Shown here one piece after another: positions 42,163 to 55,040 of a stretch of 64,000 nt of DNA. Location of the stretch: assembly GCF_009914755.1 (NCBI RefSeq), contig NC_060930.1; one strand, 5' to 3'. Each line of letters begins with the position of its first letter. Position 1 is the first letter of the stretch. The notes beneath the pieces are model-generated. The model did no database searches, was not told the origin of the DNA, and saw nothing but the letters and a program-made list of their open reading frames with translations. The translations under genes and the position numbers were made by a program. Source of the stretch: the human T2T-CHM13v2.0 reference genome, Homo sapiens.

Positions 42163-42559
42163 TGGACGTTTTTTAAAGAAAGATTTTAGTTTTGAAAATA
42201 GTTTCTGAATAAGAGTGATTATATAGATCCATGATTATGAGAAAACCAGTTTGTCAGTCAATAAATAGACATTTCAAAATAATATAATTTTAATTATTTG
42301 TGGTACCTACTTTCACTCTCAGAAGTGTCTTGGTGTGAATGATAAATTATATGGCTATTTTATTAATAGCTTTTGTGAATCTTTAGGTTTAAAACATGGT
42401 AGAATTCAAAACGCTGAGATTAGATGGAAAAGGCTTGGAGGCCCAGCAGCTCAGTCCCTGGGAGCTTCCTTCGCTCTTCCAGATTGATACTTTAGTTCCT
42501 GTTGTGCCTTAGTGGTTTTGCTCCACCATGACCCCCTTTCTTAATTGAGTAGCTCCACT

Positions 42560-43140
42560 CCAACTTGGACAGTTGTCTGTCTGGCAATGGTCCCCTCACT
42601 GTGGAGGCAATCACACTTTTAGCCAGAGAATTTTGGATTTAAGAGAAGAAAGAGTACTGTCCACATGGTCCTGAAGCGACATACATCCTCCTCAGCTGAC
42701 AGGATTAAGAGATTAAAGTAAAGACAGGCATAGGAAATTATAAAAGTATTAATTTGGGGAACTAATAAATGTCCATAAAATCTTCACAATCCACGTTCTT
42801 CTGCCATGGCTTCAGCTGATCCCTCCGTTTGGGGTCCCTGACTTCCCGCAACATACTGTCCCTCTTCAATGGCTGAAGCTATAGGATGCGATGCCTGAGA
42901 GCATTGAACAATCATGTTTCTCAACTTTGCACTTGAGGAGCAGAGGTAGCCAGTCTGCAAACAGAAAAGGAAGACAGCAGATGCAGAATGAAAACAGTAT
43001 GTTTGATATCCAGGGTGTGGTTTTTCCTGAGACTCCCCTTCAGTTCCACCAGCTATTATAATATTACAAACATTTTTATAATAAATTAACCTTTTGCTAT
43101 TGTAAATTTAAGTTTACTTGCTGTTGGCAGCCAGAAGAGT
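42560..43140 (+). mobile_element. Old MLT1-like LTR relic hosting the MER11 fragment
   Basis: 3' part 'ataaattaaccttttgct..aagtttacttgctgttggcagccagaagagtc' resembles the MLT1 end. Confidence 0.4.
42662..42853 (-). mobile_element. MER11 (HERVK11/HML-8 LTR) 5' fragment, 192 bp
   Basis: Reverse complement begins TGTTGCGGGAAGTCAGGGACCCCAAACGGAGGGATCAGCTGAAGCCATGGCAGAAGAACGTGGATTGTGAAGATTTTATGGAC. Confidence 0.85.
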
Positions 43141-46117
43141 CTTTTCTTTTCCACCTGAGTTTTAAGCAAATTAAGACATTGAAACAGGTGAAGGAAAGAG
43201 AATGTCAGCTTTATTTCTCCTCAGCTGATGGAATCACATGGCTTTGCATCTGCATCAAGAGGACCTGCTCTCCCTCCCTCCCCTCCAGCCCAACCTGGAG
43301 AATGGTGGGGTCTGCATAACAAGCATAGTCTCTCAGCTGTCCCAGTGGAGAGCAGGGCAAGAAAGCCTATTCCCAACTTCAAGGTCTTTTAGTAGATCAG
43401 CTCCGCCTCATCCAGAAATATGGACCAGCAAGTAACTTGCTCCTCCTAGGGAGTACTGAGCTCCTAGCGGGACTCAGTAAAGGGCAGGGTGTGGGGTCAG
43501 GAGAGTCACTCTAACGGAAGTTTTTTAGCAGAGAGAAAACAAGGCCAGCAGAATAGAGGAACCCCACTGTGAGTTGAAACTAAAACCTGAACCTTGACTC
43601 TCAAGATTTGTGAATGCCCCACTGTTGGTCCAACATTCAAATGGGCAGCTAGAGAGAGTGGGGCTGGGCACAGCCTCTTAACCACCGAATTGTCTTCTGT
43701 TTACAATTCTGCAGGCTCCTTCCCCATGTTTTGGTTGGGATCAGTGCAGAAGCTTCCCTGGTTTGTCTCTAGCACCTCCCACCACTGCCTAAGATTCCAG
43801 ACGGGTATCACTCTGTGGACACCCAGCATATACAAACCTTCATAACATTACACGAAGATGCTTGGAGCCTGGGAAGGATCTGCTTTGAGGGGAAAGAGCA
43901 GATTTAGCTAATAGACATGGCAACTGGTGAGAAAGGTCATCTGCTTCAGTGGTTGATCACTGAGGCATTCATGAAAACAGCTAGATGGAGAATCGCTCTG
44001 AAAGTTCGTGAACAATAAGATAGCAGGGGAAATCTGACTATAACAGTAAATCTTCAGTGTTGCTCTTGGCAATCCAGAGTTTTTCACAGAGAGAGGCTAA
44101 GAGGCTAACCATATATTTAAAGACTGCCCCCTTTCCTGGATACATGTCTACTGTAAATGGCTTTGATTTTTCAACATAGGATGACTTTTTCCAGTTTTGC
44201 ACATTTGAGTGCATGCACACTGCTGTTTGGAGTTTTAGATCTTTCTAAAATCCGATTCACACAGACACCTAACCTCTTTAACCCCTTTCTGCCACCTACC
44301 TTCTCTGTGAATACAGTGCTTGCAGCCTTTCAGAGACAGAGGTTTCAGAATTTGGCAGCAAAAAAAGTGATGGCTTCTAACACATTTACAGTGTGGTTAA
44401 CAATAGCAGTTGCTGAACTCTGCCATGGCTGACTAGCTTTCCACTGTTAAGTGTGGTCACACTGGTAACATTTACTTAGGAACTGGGCACACGAGTTAAA
44501 ATGTTACATGCACAACCCATTTGGGGTTTGAGGTATTCTCTTCTACATACGTTTTACTTGTTCATAAAAAGGAAGCTCTTTAAAAAAAAAAAATCTGATG
44601 TTTAGCTCCTGTTGATTCGTAATGGCTGAGAAGGAGTTTGAAGCATGTTTCTTTTCATCTCCTTTCAGCTTTTAATTTTTAGTACTTTCACTTATGTCTG
44701 TAAAAAGCAGTTAAAAGTGAAAGTCCCCTGACAGGAGTGTGTAATTGGCAGGCTGGGGTGGAAGGCAGGGGCTCATGATGGCTTTAAGAGAACGTGAAGA
44801 GGAAGCAGAGCTGTTCATTGTCAATGGTAATAGCTTTTAAGAGAGGCAGAACTTATGATTTGAGCTTAATTTCTAAATGAAGCTCATTTTCCAGTGTCCC
44901 AGCCCACCTCTCAGTGGCCTCCCGGCTAGTGGGTCAGACTGCGGACACGCCATGATGGCACACAGAGAGAAGACCGGAGGGAGCAGAGGGACAAGGGAGA
45001 AGCAGAGAGCAGGGGAGAAGAACTTAGAGGTGTATAAGAATTTGTTTATAAGTGTGTAGCCTGTTAAAACCTGACGATCCAAATGGGATGGGTGGCCAGA
45101 GCTTATGCCCCGAGGTAGGAGAAGGTTTCTTTTGCTTCTCAATTTCAGAATGTCTGGTAAGCAAGTGATTGAGAGTTCTGGGTTTTTATAGGCAAATAGA
45201 GAAAGGGAACAAGGCATGAAGTTTTATTAAAGCAAGGTATGCTTCTATGTTTCACAATAAGTTATTAAGTTCCTCTACTTATTTTCTAGCACTGCAATAT
45301 ATATGCATATTCTAATGGGGAGTTATTAACTCTTTGAAGAGATGAAAGGCAAAGATGTGAAATGTCTGGGAAAACAATCAAGTCAGTGATATAAACCATT
45401 AAGTGCAGTGTGCACCAAGAGAGGAATTTTCACCAGGAATGTAGGTGATCCCCATGTTGAGACCTAGTATAGTTTTGGATGCCACATCTCCGAGGGGATC
45501 ATCCCCCACGTGGATTCCTCTCATCAGAATCTTTCTTGTAGTCTTTGTCCTAATTTATTTTTTGTTACCATTGGAATCTATAAGATGAGCAGATAATTCA
45601 GCAAGAAACAAGCTCAAGTGAGTGAACACATGACAGCAGGGACTGAACCAGAGGGCAGAATGCAGAGAGGCCAGGAGGGAATCTGTGAATTAGCAGGAGA
45701 TCTTCTTGGGGAAAGGGGAGCAGAGTGCTGGCAGGTGGGGCGGGGGAGGGGCTGAAGCCCTCCCAGCAGTGGAGGAAAGCATGGGTGTACCCACAGGGAG
45801 GGCACAGGCCCAAAGGGTACAGGACAGAAGTGAGACCGAAGTCTGAATTGAAGGCCCTGAAAGGTAAAATTAGGAGATTGCCTCTGGTGGCAACTAAGAG
45901 CATGTATGTTCTTGGGCATGGGTTTGAGAGGATTCAGCAAGTGACAGGATGACAGCCAGGCAGCCGTACGCAGGGCGGACTGGAATGGGAAGCTATCCCG
46001 CACGGAGAGGTGGACAGAATTTGAATCATAGTACTATCATTGGAAATGAGGGGGCACTGAGAAATGGAGAAGACTTTCGGAGGAAGAAACGACAGTATTT
46101 AGTGACAAATATAAAGG

Positions 46118-46307
46118 AAGGAGTCAGCAAACATTTTCTGTAAAGGACCAAATAGTAAACATTTTGAGTTTTGCGGGCTGGTCTCCAGTTGATTTTTGTC
46201 ACTATTCGGCTCTGCCATGGTAGTGTGAAAGCAACCAGAGAAATACATCCATGCATGCGTGTGGCTGTGTTTGCCCCAAGGGCCACACCATAGTTTGCCA
46301 ATCCCTG
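46118..46307 (+). mobile_element. MER58A-like MITE
   Basis: 'gtcagcaaacattttctgtaaaggaccaaatagtaaacatttt..gtggctgtgtt..catagtttgccaatccctg'. Confidence 0.8.
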
Positions 46308-47469
46308 ATAGAAGGGATGAAAAAACATTTTCAACCTTAGAGAATAGACGTAGACATTAGGTAAAAGCTGTTAACCTTGTAGCCAAGATTTCATTTCACC
46401 CAATCAGAATTGCTGAGAACACTGTCTTCCTGAGATACTAAACTTCCAGCTTTGCCCAGGTTCTCCTGCCCAGCATTCCTTGGCGTGGAGCTCGAGGGTG
46501 ACACTGGGTTTGCGTATGCAGATAAGAGAAAGGGAACAAGTTACAAGGTTTGATTAAAGCAGCGGCCCCTCCGTCTGGTGAATGGCTCCTAGTTTACACC
46601 ACGTAGCTGATGAAAATGTCACAAAGAAATCTCGTGAGCACACTGGGGAAGTGAGTTGTTCCTGGTAGGACACAGTTGGTCCTGGTTTTTACAATTCCAG
46701 TGCAGCTCGGCAGACAAGGGGCAGACTCGATGGGCATAGTGCAGGAAAATGGGTTCTTAAGGGTAAGGCGAGAGGTCCCAGCTACTTGTGAGTGGCTTAC
46801 TTTTCCAAGGAGTCGATAATGATGGAGAAAAGGATGTCCAGAGGGTGGTCCATCTAGCTTGGCGCCAGAGCGGGAGAGCTGTGGAAGCTCAGCAGGAAAG
46901 ACTGAGCGTGGGGACTGTGGTCTCTGCAGAAAGTGGGTGGTTTCTTTATGGGGATACCTGCTGGAGTGTGCTGGTTTTTAAAAAACAGGTTACTGGGAAG
47001 AGCATTATCCACAACACAACATCTATATATACCAACACATAGCATATGCACACTCCTCTACATGTTTATATATACACATCGTTTCTGGTTTATTTTCCTC
47101 TTACTCAAAATACATTATGTCGCCCAATTTTGTTTTCTCATTTAATGTGGAGCTCTTTATGGTGGTGTTAACTGTAATTTTAGCTCTACATTTTGTGAGG
47201 CCCGCCAGTGTTGGGCTGGGGATTAAGGAGAGTGTCATCTGGATAGATGGCAAGAAGGCAGCACCGCTAGATTTTTATAGGACAACCAAAGGCTGGGGTT
47301 TGGAGGGGTTTTTTGTTTGTTTGTTTGGTTGGTTGGTTGGTTTTTGCTCCCTTTTCTATTTAAACAAAGATTTTGCCTCATTTCAAATTTTTTTTTAGTT
47401 CAGTGATTCTGTGGATATCTGCAGAGTGAAACGTTACATTATTTTTCCTCAGGGGTGGCAGATGAGTTA

Positions 47470-47527
47470 GTCGACCCCTTAGGGAAGACTCTGCCTGGGT
47501 CGACCCCTTAGGGGAGATGCTGCCTGG
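47470..47527. repeat. 29-bp tandem duplication
   Basis: gtcgaccccttagggaagactctgcctgg followed by gtcgaccccttaggggagatgctgcctgg. Confidence 0.9.
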
Positions 47528-48809
47528 TCCCTTCGCCCTCTCCCTGCAGGGTGCCATCCTGGCCTGCCTCCTTCCAGGCAACCCCAACAGAACTGCGGAG
47601 CTGAAGCAGCCTCTCCCCTTCAGACCTCAGAGAGCATTTGTCTGACCGTGAGTTCCGCCGCAGCCTGGCCTGTCTTTCGCCCTAGTTAGTCTTTAAGCTC
47701 CTGAATGCCCGCCGCACGCCCAGGGCTTTGCACACGGTGGGCACACGGTGCCTTTTGAGCGCGGGAGAGGGTTGTGAGCTGTTTGTGTGCGGAGCCTGTG
47801 TCTCACTCATCTTTGCAGCCCCTGGACCTGCTAGAGAGCTAGCACACTCACCAGCGCTGGCCGCGTGAGAAGCGAGTACGTGAGTGCTGACACAGTGATG
47901 AGCTTGACCCCATATGTAGTAGAACGGGTTCCCAGCCTTGTGTCTGAGCCCCACCCACCCCCCTCTTGTCCTCTTGTCCTTTTGGGGATTCACTGTCAGA
48001 GGAGATGACCTCAGGAAGTTAATGAGCCAATGAGAGATGAGCTGGTATTTATTAATGGCAGGCCGATGCCTAGGAGTGCCTGTCTGTGCTGGGCTTTACC
48101 GGTATGCAGAGATGCAGCCCCCCAGTGGGCTTGATGTGAGATCTCCTCCTCTCCCTCCCTCAGCAGGGCTTGCGGGGATCCTGAGGATCAGAGCCTGAGT
48201 TGTCTCCCATGCTTGAGCTCAGAGGGGACTGAGCTTCCCTTCTCTCTCAAGACACAGGAGGGAGAAGGAGAGGCCAGATGGCACAAGTGTCCCACACTTT
48301 CACCCCAGATTGGTCCAACGTTTAGTCAAACCAGCACATGAATGGTAGAGGGACAGAAGTAAGAACAAGAAAGAATGATAGATGCCAAGATGAAGATTTT
48401 GTACATGAGAAGGTATTTAAGGGATCTTGCAATTTTCCTGCAGGAGAAAAAGAGAAAATGAGGAGAAGGAAAGCATTTGTGCTGTAAGAACTAACCTATA
48501 AATTATACTTAAATAACTTCCTCAATAAGCATAAATCATGCAGTTACATAAAATCATATTGATTTCATTATGTTCGTATTAATACATTTTAATTTTTAGG
48601 TGCACATGCCTGAAGGCACAAGGCTCTTAAACACATAATAATCAAAAAGCTAATTAATCACAAATGGGCAAGTTTCCCAAATAATTCCAGGAATAGGTAC
48701 AATTAAGAAATAATACCCTGCGCACAAAGTAGAATAAAAACACACAAGCAGACAAGAAACTTCATTACAAGCCATAAAAACCAAAGAGAAAAACAGAAGA
48801 GTCTCATTT

Positions 48810-48841
48810 CCTAAGCCAGGTAATGCCTAAGCCAGGTAATG
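48810..48841. repeat. Perfect 16-bp tandem duplication
   Basis: cctaagccaggtaatg x2. Confidence 0.95.
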
Positions 48842-49774
48842 TATTAGGAGGGCTATTGGAGGAAAAGGGTCATTTCGTAGACCTGTGGCCCTAACCATGC
48901 CTTTTCTCTGTTTTCCTCATTAAACTGGTGAATCTTGACTCATGCCTCTGTTATATTAATGATTTCTTCTAGCTTTGAGGGATCTAGAAGTCTCATAAGC
49001 ACCCCTTTTATTTCTCTGAGTGGCTGCTGAGAACCCTAAATAGAACAGGGACAGGTTCAGGAGTCTGTTAGAGGATACAAGAAACCTCTTTCCATGTGTA
49101 CACATTCATTAATCAGAACTTTTCACATATAAAGGTTCAACAAGTTTCAGATCCATCTAAATAAACAGTTGAGTCCTCTTTTCTCTTTTGTGAGTATATT
49201 CTAGGGACTTCAGCCAAGTGCTTTGCTATAATCAGAATATGCTTTATTTATGGCATTTTTTGGCTTACCCGCCCAGTAAATGCAACCACAAGAGATGATA
49301 AGAATGGGATGTTAGTCAGCACTCTTTTAGTTCCAAGAGTCAGAAACCCAACTAAAGCAAAAAAAGGAAATTCAATTGCTCACATAATAGGAGGCCCGGG
49401 GGGTGGGCTTGCTTCTGATTCAGCTGAATTCAGGCCACACAGCTAATTAGAGGGAGAGCCAGTTCTGGAATTGACTTCAGGTCCTCCGACTCCCAGGGCA
49501 ATGCTCTTTCCATTACCTGGTGCTACCTCTATGCTACCTCAATCAATAGCAGCCAAATTAAAAACAAAATGAAACAAGAAGGGCATGTCTTCTCCTTGGG
49601 GTCACTAATAATTTATTCTGATTTTACCTCTCAAGACTTGCATTGTTCATGTTCCTGAAGGAAATTAGCAAAGGCTTTTGGGTGTCTTTATGAAGGAGAA
49701 ATCATTGCTTTCTACCTACTTGTATTCCACTTTGTGTCCTAAGCTAAGGTAGATGGTTTGCCCGTCAATTATTT

Positions 49775-50490
49775 GTCCATCCATTTAGTCTGAAAACATT
49801 ACTCAGCATTTCCTAGGTTACAGATGCTGTGCCAGGCACCCGAGATTCAAATGTGATAAAGACATTGATAATTTGGTGACAAAGGACAATTCAAGCAGAA
49901 GGCCTAGTAAATGTAAAAACACAAACACTTTCATGCATTCATTCTTTTCAGCAAAAAATATGTATTAAGCACAAAGTAGGTGACAGGAACTGTGTGTGCT
50001 AGGTGTCATTAGTAGGCATAAAAAAAGGAGAACATAGGTTGGGGACTGCAAATAGTTCATTATGGCAGAAGCACAGGTCTCACATGGGAGAATATGGGAG
50101 TGAGGGAAAAATGTAGACTGATGTCCAGTCATCAGACACACTGGGGACCCTGGATAGGTTTGACGCAAGAAAGTGTCCTTGTCTGATTTTCATCCTAGAC
50201 ACTCCAATTGCAGATGCGTGGGTTGGGTTGGAGAGGGGTGGATGGCAGGCTGGAAAACCTGATGGAGGCTATGGGAATATTTCCTAGGGGAGAGGGTGGA
50301 CACTATGAGGTGGCGGTGGTTGGGATGGAGAGAAACTAGGTTCACGAAGGAATCCAGAGGTCAAAATCAGCAAGTCCTAGTGACTCATCTCATGTGACAG
50401 GTGAGGGAGGGAATGGAGTTCAGATAGTCAGGAACCTTGTGAACAGCGAGGTTATTACCTGAGACTGGAACTCTGGGGAAAGGAGCTGAG
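49775..50490 (-). mobile_element. L2 fragments, antisense
   Basis: 'tgctgtgccaggcac', 'cattcattcttttcagcaaa..tattaagcac', 'ggttgggatggagagaa..ggtgagggagggaatggagt'. Confidence 0.55.
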
Positions 50491-51962
50491 CCGTGTTTGT
50501 GTTGTATCCACATTAACTTGAGCAGTGCCTGACATGTAGGAGGGACTCAGTCAATGTTTTTGAGTGAATACCTGAATATTACAAAAAGGACCATACCAGA
50601 AAGTACTGACAGGGGAAGTTATCCTAATTCAGAAGGCCATGGGAGGCCACCTGAAGAAGTGATATTTAGCCGAAGGTCTAGAATGATTTGGAGGCAATCA
50701 GGGAAAATAGAGAAGTTTGCACTCTTTGTGTTCGAGTCTCAAATGCCATCCAGGGCGCCTGTGTCTTTTCGTTCTGGCTGCTGCCTCTACCTTTTTCTAC
50801 TCCTGGCATTGCCTTGTGGCCTTCTGTTCCTGAGCCTCTTCTGTGTGTGCAGGGAGGCAGCAGGTTGTCCAGGGTGATAAGAATGGTAACGTCATAGTAA
50901 CTACTGTTTATTAAGCGTTTAGTTTCCTGATCTCATTCAGCAGCCCTCAGTCACAGAAAATGAATGCTGAGTTCTCAGAGTTTATTGCTGTCTAAGTGGG
51001 CACGTAGGCCCTAGTCAGGGCCCTGCCAGGTTCCCAGGGTGGGGAAGGCTTTCTGTACCATTACAGATCACAAGAGTTCAAGAAAAAATGACTTTATGAG
51101 GTATCTTTAGGTTATCTAAAAAAAAAAAATTTAACAACTATTGATCCAGCCAAATGCACTGTTGTATCTCTTCATTGGGGATTTGTGTTCTCCCATGGTA
51201 TACAGGAGGTTTGAGGATACTTAAGGAGAGTATACAATGCAGTAAAGTAGGGAAAAAATAGAAAATTAACATAAAAATCTGGACATATATATATATATAT
51301 ATGATAAAGTGAATCTAGGAATGTGCCAGATGTGTTGTAGTTTAAAGAAATATTGTGTGTATTACAGATTCACAAATATGCAGCCAAACCCTTAAATGAA
51401 GCATAAGTAATCTGCCAGCCACCTAGTTAAAGCAAGTTTTGTGAATTATAATGAAATTCTCTCCAAGTACACATTTCTAATGGAAGGAAATTTACTTTAG
51501 AGGAACATTAAAAAGACAAAATTCTTGATCGTCTCAGAAATGTGGGTAGCCTTGTCTTGCATAGTCATTCTGTAATAGTAATTGGGACTTGCCTAATTGC
51601 ATTTATTATTTAGAGAGGCTTGGCTGCATTTAAAAGTCTAAACATTCATGAAAATCTGTTCTAAATGTCTAAAAGTTTTTCAGTATGAATTTAAAGTTGG
51701 GACATTCTGGCCTTAGGGAATTCACCCCACAATTGGCTGAACTATTTTTGTTGAAACACAAAGTAATCATGGTTTCAGTTTGTAAATTAGCTATTGCTGT
51801 GAGCTGCTGTACCTGGTGAAGAGAATTTTCTCTGAAATTGACAACTCTCTTTCCAAATGTTCCACTACAGTCTTATACTGACATCCCTTGACATCCCTAT
51901 GGGTACAGTCATGAGATTCAAATTGTACATTCTTAATCTTCCCCCAAAATGACATCTGTGGC

Positions 51963-52270
51963 TTTTTTTTTTTTTAAGAGATGGAGTCTCACTGTGTTGC
52001 CTAGGCTGGAGTGCAGTGGCATGAACATGGCTCAACTGCAGCCTCAACCTCCTGGGCTCAAGTGATCATCTTGTCTCAGCCTCCCAAGAAGCTGGGAGTA
52101 CAGGTGCATGCCATGCCTGGCTAAATGTTTTTTGTTTTTTGTTTTTTTTTTCAAGAGATGGGGTCTTACTGTTGCCCAGACTGGTCTTGAATTCCTGGTC
52201 TCAAGTGGTCCTCCTGGTTCAGCCTCCTGAGTAACTGGGATTACACGGACAAGCCTTCAAGCGAAACTCC
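51963..52270 (-). mobile_element. AluJ, antisense
   Basis: 'ctgcagcctcaacctcctgggctcaagtgatc'; TSD catctgtggctttt on both sides. Confidence 0.9.
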
Positions 52271-52607
52271 ATCTGTGGCTTTTAATTAAAGATGGACGTA
52301 TTGTAATCTATGTGGCCATAGGGAAATAATAGCAAATAGTAAAATTGAAAGAGGTACATCTGACAGTAATAATAAAAACTTTTTTGTAATTCTGGAAATA
52401 ATGTGACACCGCACTGCTACTCAGAGATAACAAATGAAGCTTAATTGAAGTTCCATGAAACTCTTGCCAATAGGAATTTCTCATGGTGTATGATTACCAT
52501 GTGGAACGAAAACTCTAGGTCCTAGACTCAGACAATGACTATGATATAGTCATTTCATGGGGATATTGCCATTTTAGAAAAAGTAGTGCTTGAAACCTGA
52601 TTCAGCG

Positions 52608-52921
52608 TTTTTTTATTTTTATTTTTATTTTTATTTTTTGAGACAGAGTCTCCCTCTGTCACCCAGGCTGGAGTGCAGTGATGTGATCTCAGCTCACTAC
52701 AACCTCCATCTCCTGGGTTCAAGCATTTCTTGTGCCTCAGCTTCCCAAGTAGTTGGGATTATAGATGTGCACCAGCACGCCCAACTAATTTTTGTATTTT
52801 TAGTAGAGAGGGGGTTTTGCCATGTTGGCCAGGCTGGTCTTGAACTCCTGGCTTCAAGTGATCTGCCTGCCTTGGCCTCCCAAAGTGCTGGGATTATAGG
52901 TGTGAGTCACTGTGCCCAGCC
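52608..52921 (-). mobile_element. AluS (Sx/Sz-like), antisense
   Basis: (TTTTTA)n tail, dimeric body, short degenerate TSD cagcRttt. Confidence 0.92.
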
Positions 52922-53154
52922 CAGCATTTGATTTTGACTGTGTGTTTTAGACATTGATAATTTTATAGGACTTTAATCAGGTTTTATACCTGATACGTCT
53001 TAAATTTAATGTATAATTTAGCATATCATTTTAAAACAAAAATAGAAAAATATTTTAAGTGGGTTTACGTTTAGTAATTTATATCATATTAATTACATTT
53101 GTTACAGTACTCAACTTCAAGATGCACAGCCCTATGTGTGTAATTTAGTTTGCT

Positions 53155-53510
53155 GTGTTAGGGTAATTAAGCATGAGCTGCTGCAACAGAAAAAACATCT
53201 CAAAACCTCAATCACTTAGCACAACGAGGTTATGTCTTGTTCTTGCAAATGCTCCGAGTCTGCAGTGGTTGACCCCTCCATGTGGTAACTCAGCATAAGC
53301 AGCCAGGGCCCTTCCAGACTGTGGCAGTGCCAGCCCAATAGTAGTTCTGGGGTCAGGGAACAGAAGCATGGAATCGTCACACCAGCTCTTGAATGTCTCT
53401 GCCCAGAAGGGACACGTTTCACTTTCACACATACTTTATTGGCTAGAATGAGTCACGTAGCCCCATTAGACTATAGAGGGGCCAGAAAGTGTAGCACAAG
53501 GAATATTCGT
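53155..53510 (-). mobile_element. MLT1I/J-like MaLR LTR, antisense
   Basis: 'gctgctgcaacaga..ctcttgaatgtctctgcccagaagggacac..attggctagaatgagtcacgtagcccc'. Confidence 0.65.
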
Positions 53511-54419
53511 GTAACAGTATGTTCTCTGCCGTGTCATCTTGGAAGTAATTGACAGCAGTAGTAACAGCAACAACAACCAAAAGGGTTTGCAATAGTATAG
53601 GTTCTCTCTAATTTGTAAATGGATTTTAATTATACATTTTGTTTGATTAATGTGCATAGTTGACACAGCCACAGAAGCGGAGTGCTGTAACGAAAGCTAT
53701 AGGGACCTAGGAACCTGGGCACCTTTCTGATTACGGTGCTATTCTGTGTTAGCTAATTTTTCCAATTTGTGTTTGTCACTTAAACTCTTCCACCTATTTT
53801 GTACTCATTTGCAAAATAACTAGATCATGCCTAAGATCCCTTATAACTCCAAAGTTTTAAAATTTCTTTATTCAACTCAAGCTCTGACCATAGGTATCAT
53901 GTTATAAGGAGGCTCTATATTGAAAGAGAACCTATAAAAGAGCTGTGTATCTTTGCAATATAACTTTGCATTTTTTAATTAACCAAGGATATAATATGTT
54001 TACTCAGGAACCCCCCCAATTTAAGTTTTCAATTCCAGCTTCAGTGGTGTGCATGCTACTCTGAATCTTGTGAATTCAGTGAAGACGTATCTGTCCACTG
54101 CTATGTATAAGCATTTTGCAAGATGCTTGGGGTATAAAAATGAGTAGATCTGGTAGGATGTTGTTCTGGAGAAACTAGTCTTCTAGCCTGAGAGACAAAA
54201 GTTTAGATAGATGCATTCATTGTGCCCTGGGAGGTACTGTGGTGGTATGGAATATGAGCATGGAAGGAAGAAGAGTGTCTGCGTTTCGCACAGTTTGGGA
54301 GATGGGAAGGGCTGTCTGAGCTGAATTTCAAAGAATGATATGAGTAAGTTTGGAAAAAAGAACAAAGGTGTAAAAAAGCACAGTCTATGAGGAAGAACAT
54401 CAAGCATTTTATTAGTGCT

Positions 54420-55040
<621 letters not shown>

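Larger units (their letters stand above)
38580..42362 (+). mobile_element. Fossil hAT-Blackjack-type DNA transposon (BLACKJACK/MER94-like ends) with decayed transposase
   Basis: Left end 'taggtgact..gtttgcccaggacagtcccagtt'; right end 'tttcactctcagaagtgtc..gataaattatatggct'; ordered transposase-like peptides SSDTSNRK (40050), IIYFCSDD (40221), THLLSL..PVIDQILEICQPLKNFF (40998), FALSL..VFSKIKIVWT (41681-41740). Confidence 0.75.

Noticed and set aside
38572-42370. 8-bp TSD for the hAT fossil (ttaactga vs ttaatagc)
   Set aside because: Only the first 4 bases agree and the right terminus is decayed, so a TSD cannot be claimed.
47470-47527. 29-bp repeat with internal palindrome as a CRISPR-like array
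   Set aside because: There are only two adjacent copies, no spacer and no cas genes, in a primate context.
48395-48470. Possible second L3 fragment (LFSLEKRRLRG-like region)
   Set aside because: Similarity is too weak to support by eye.
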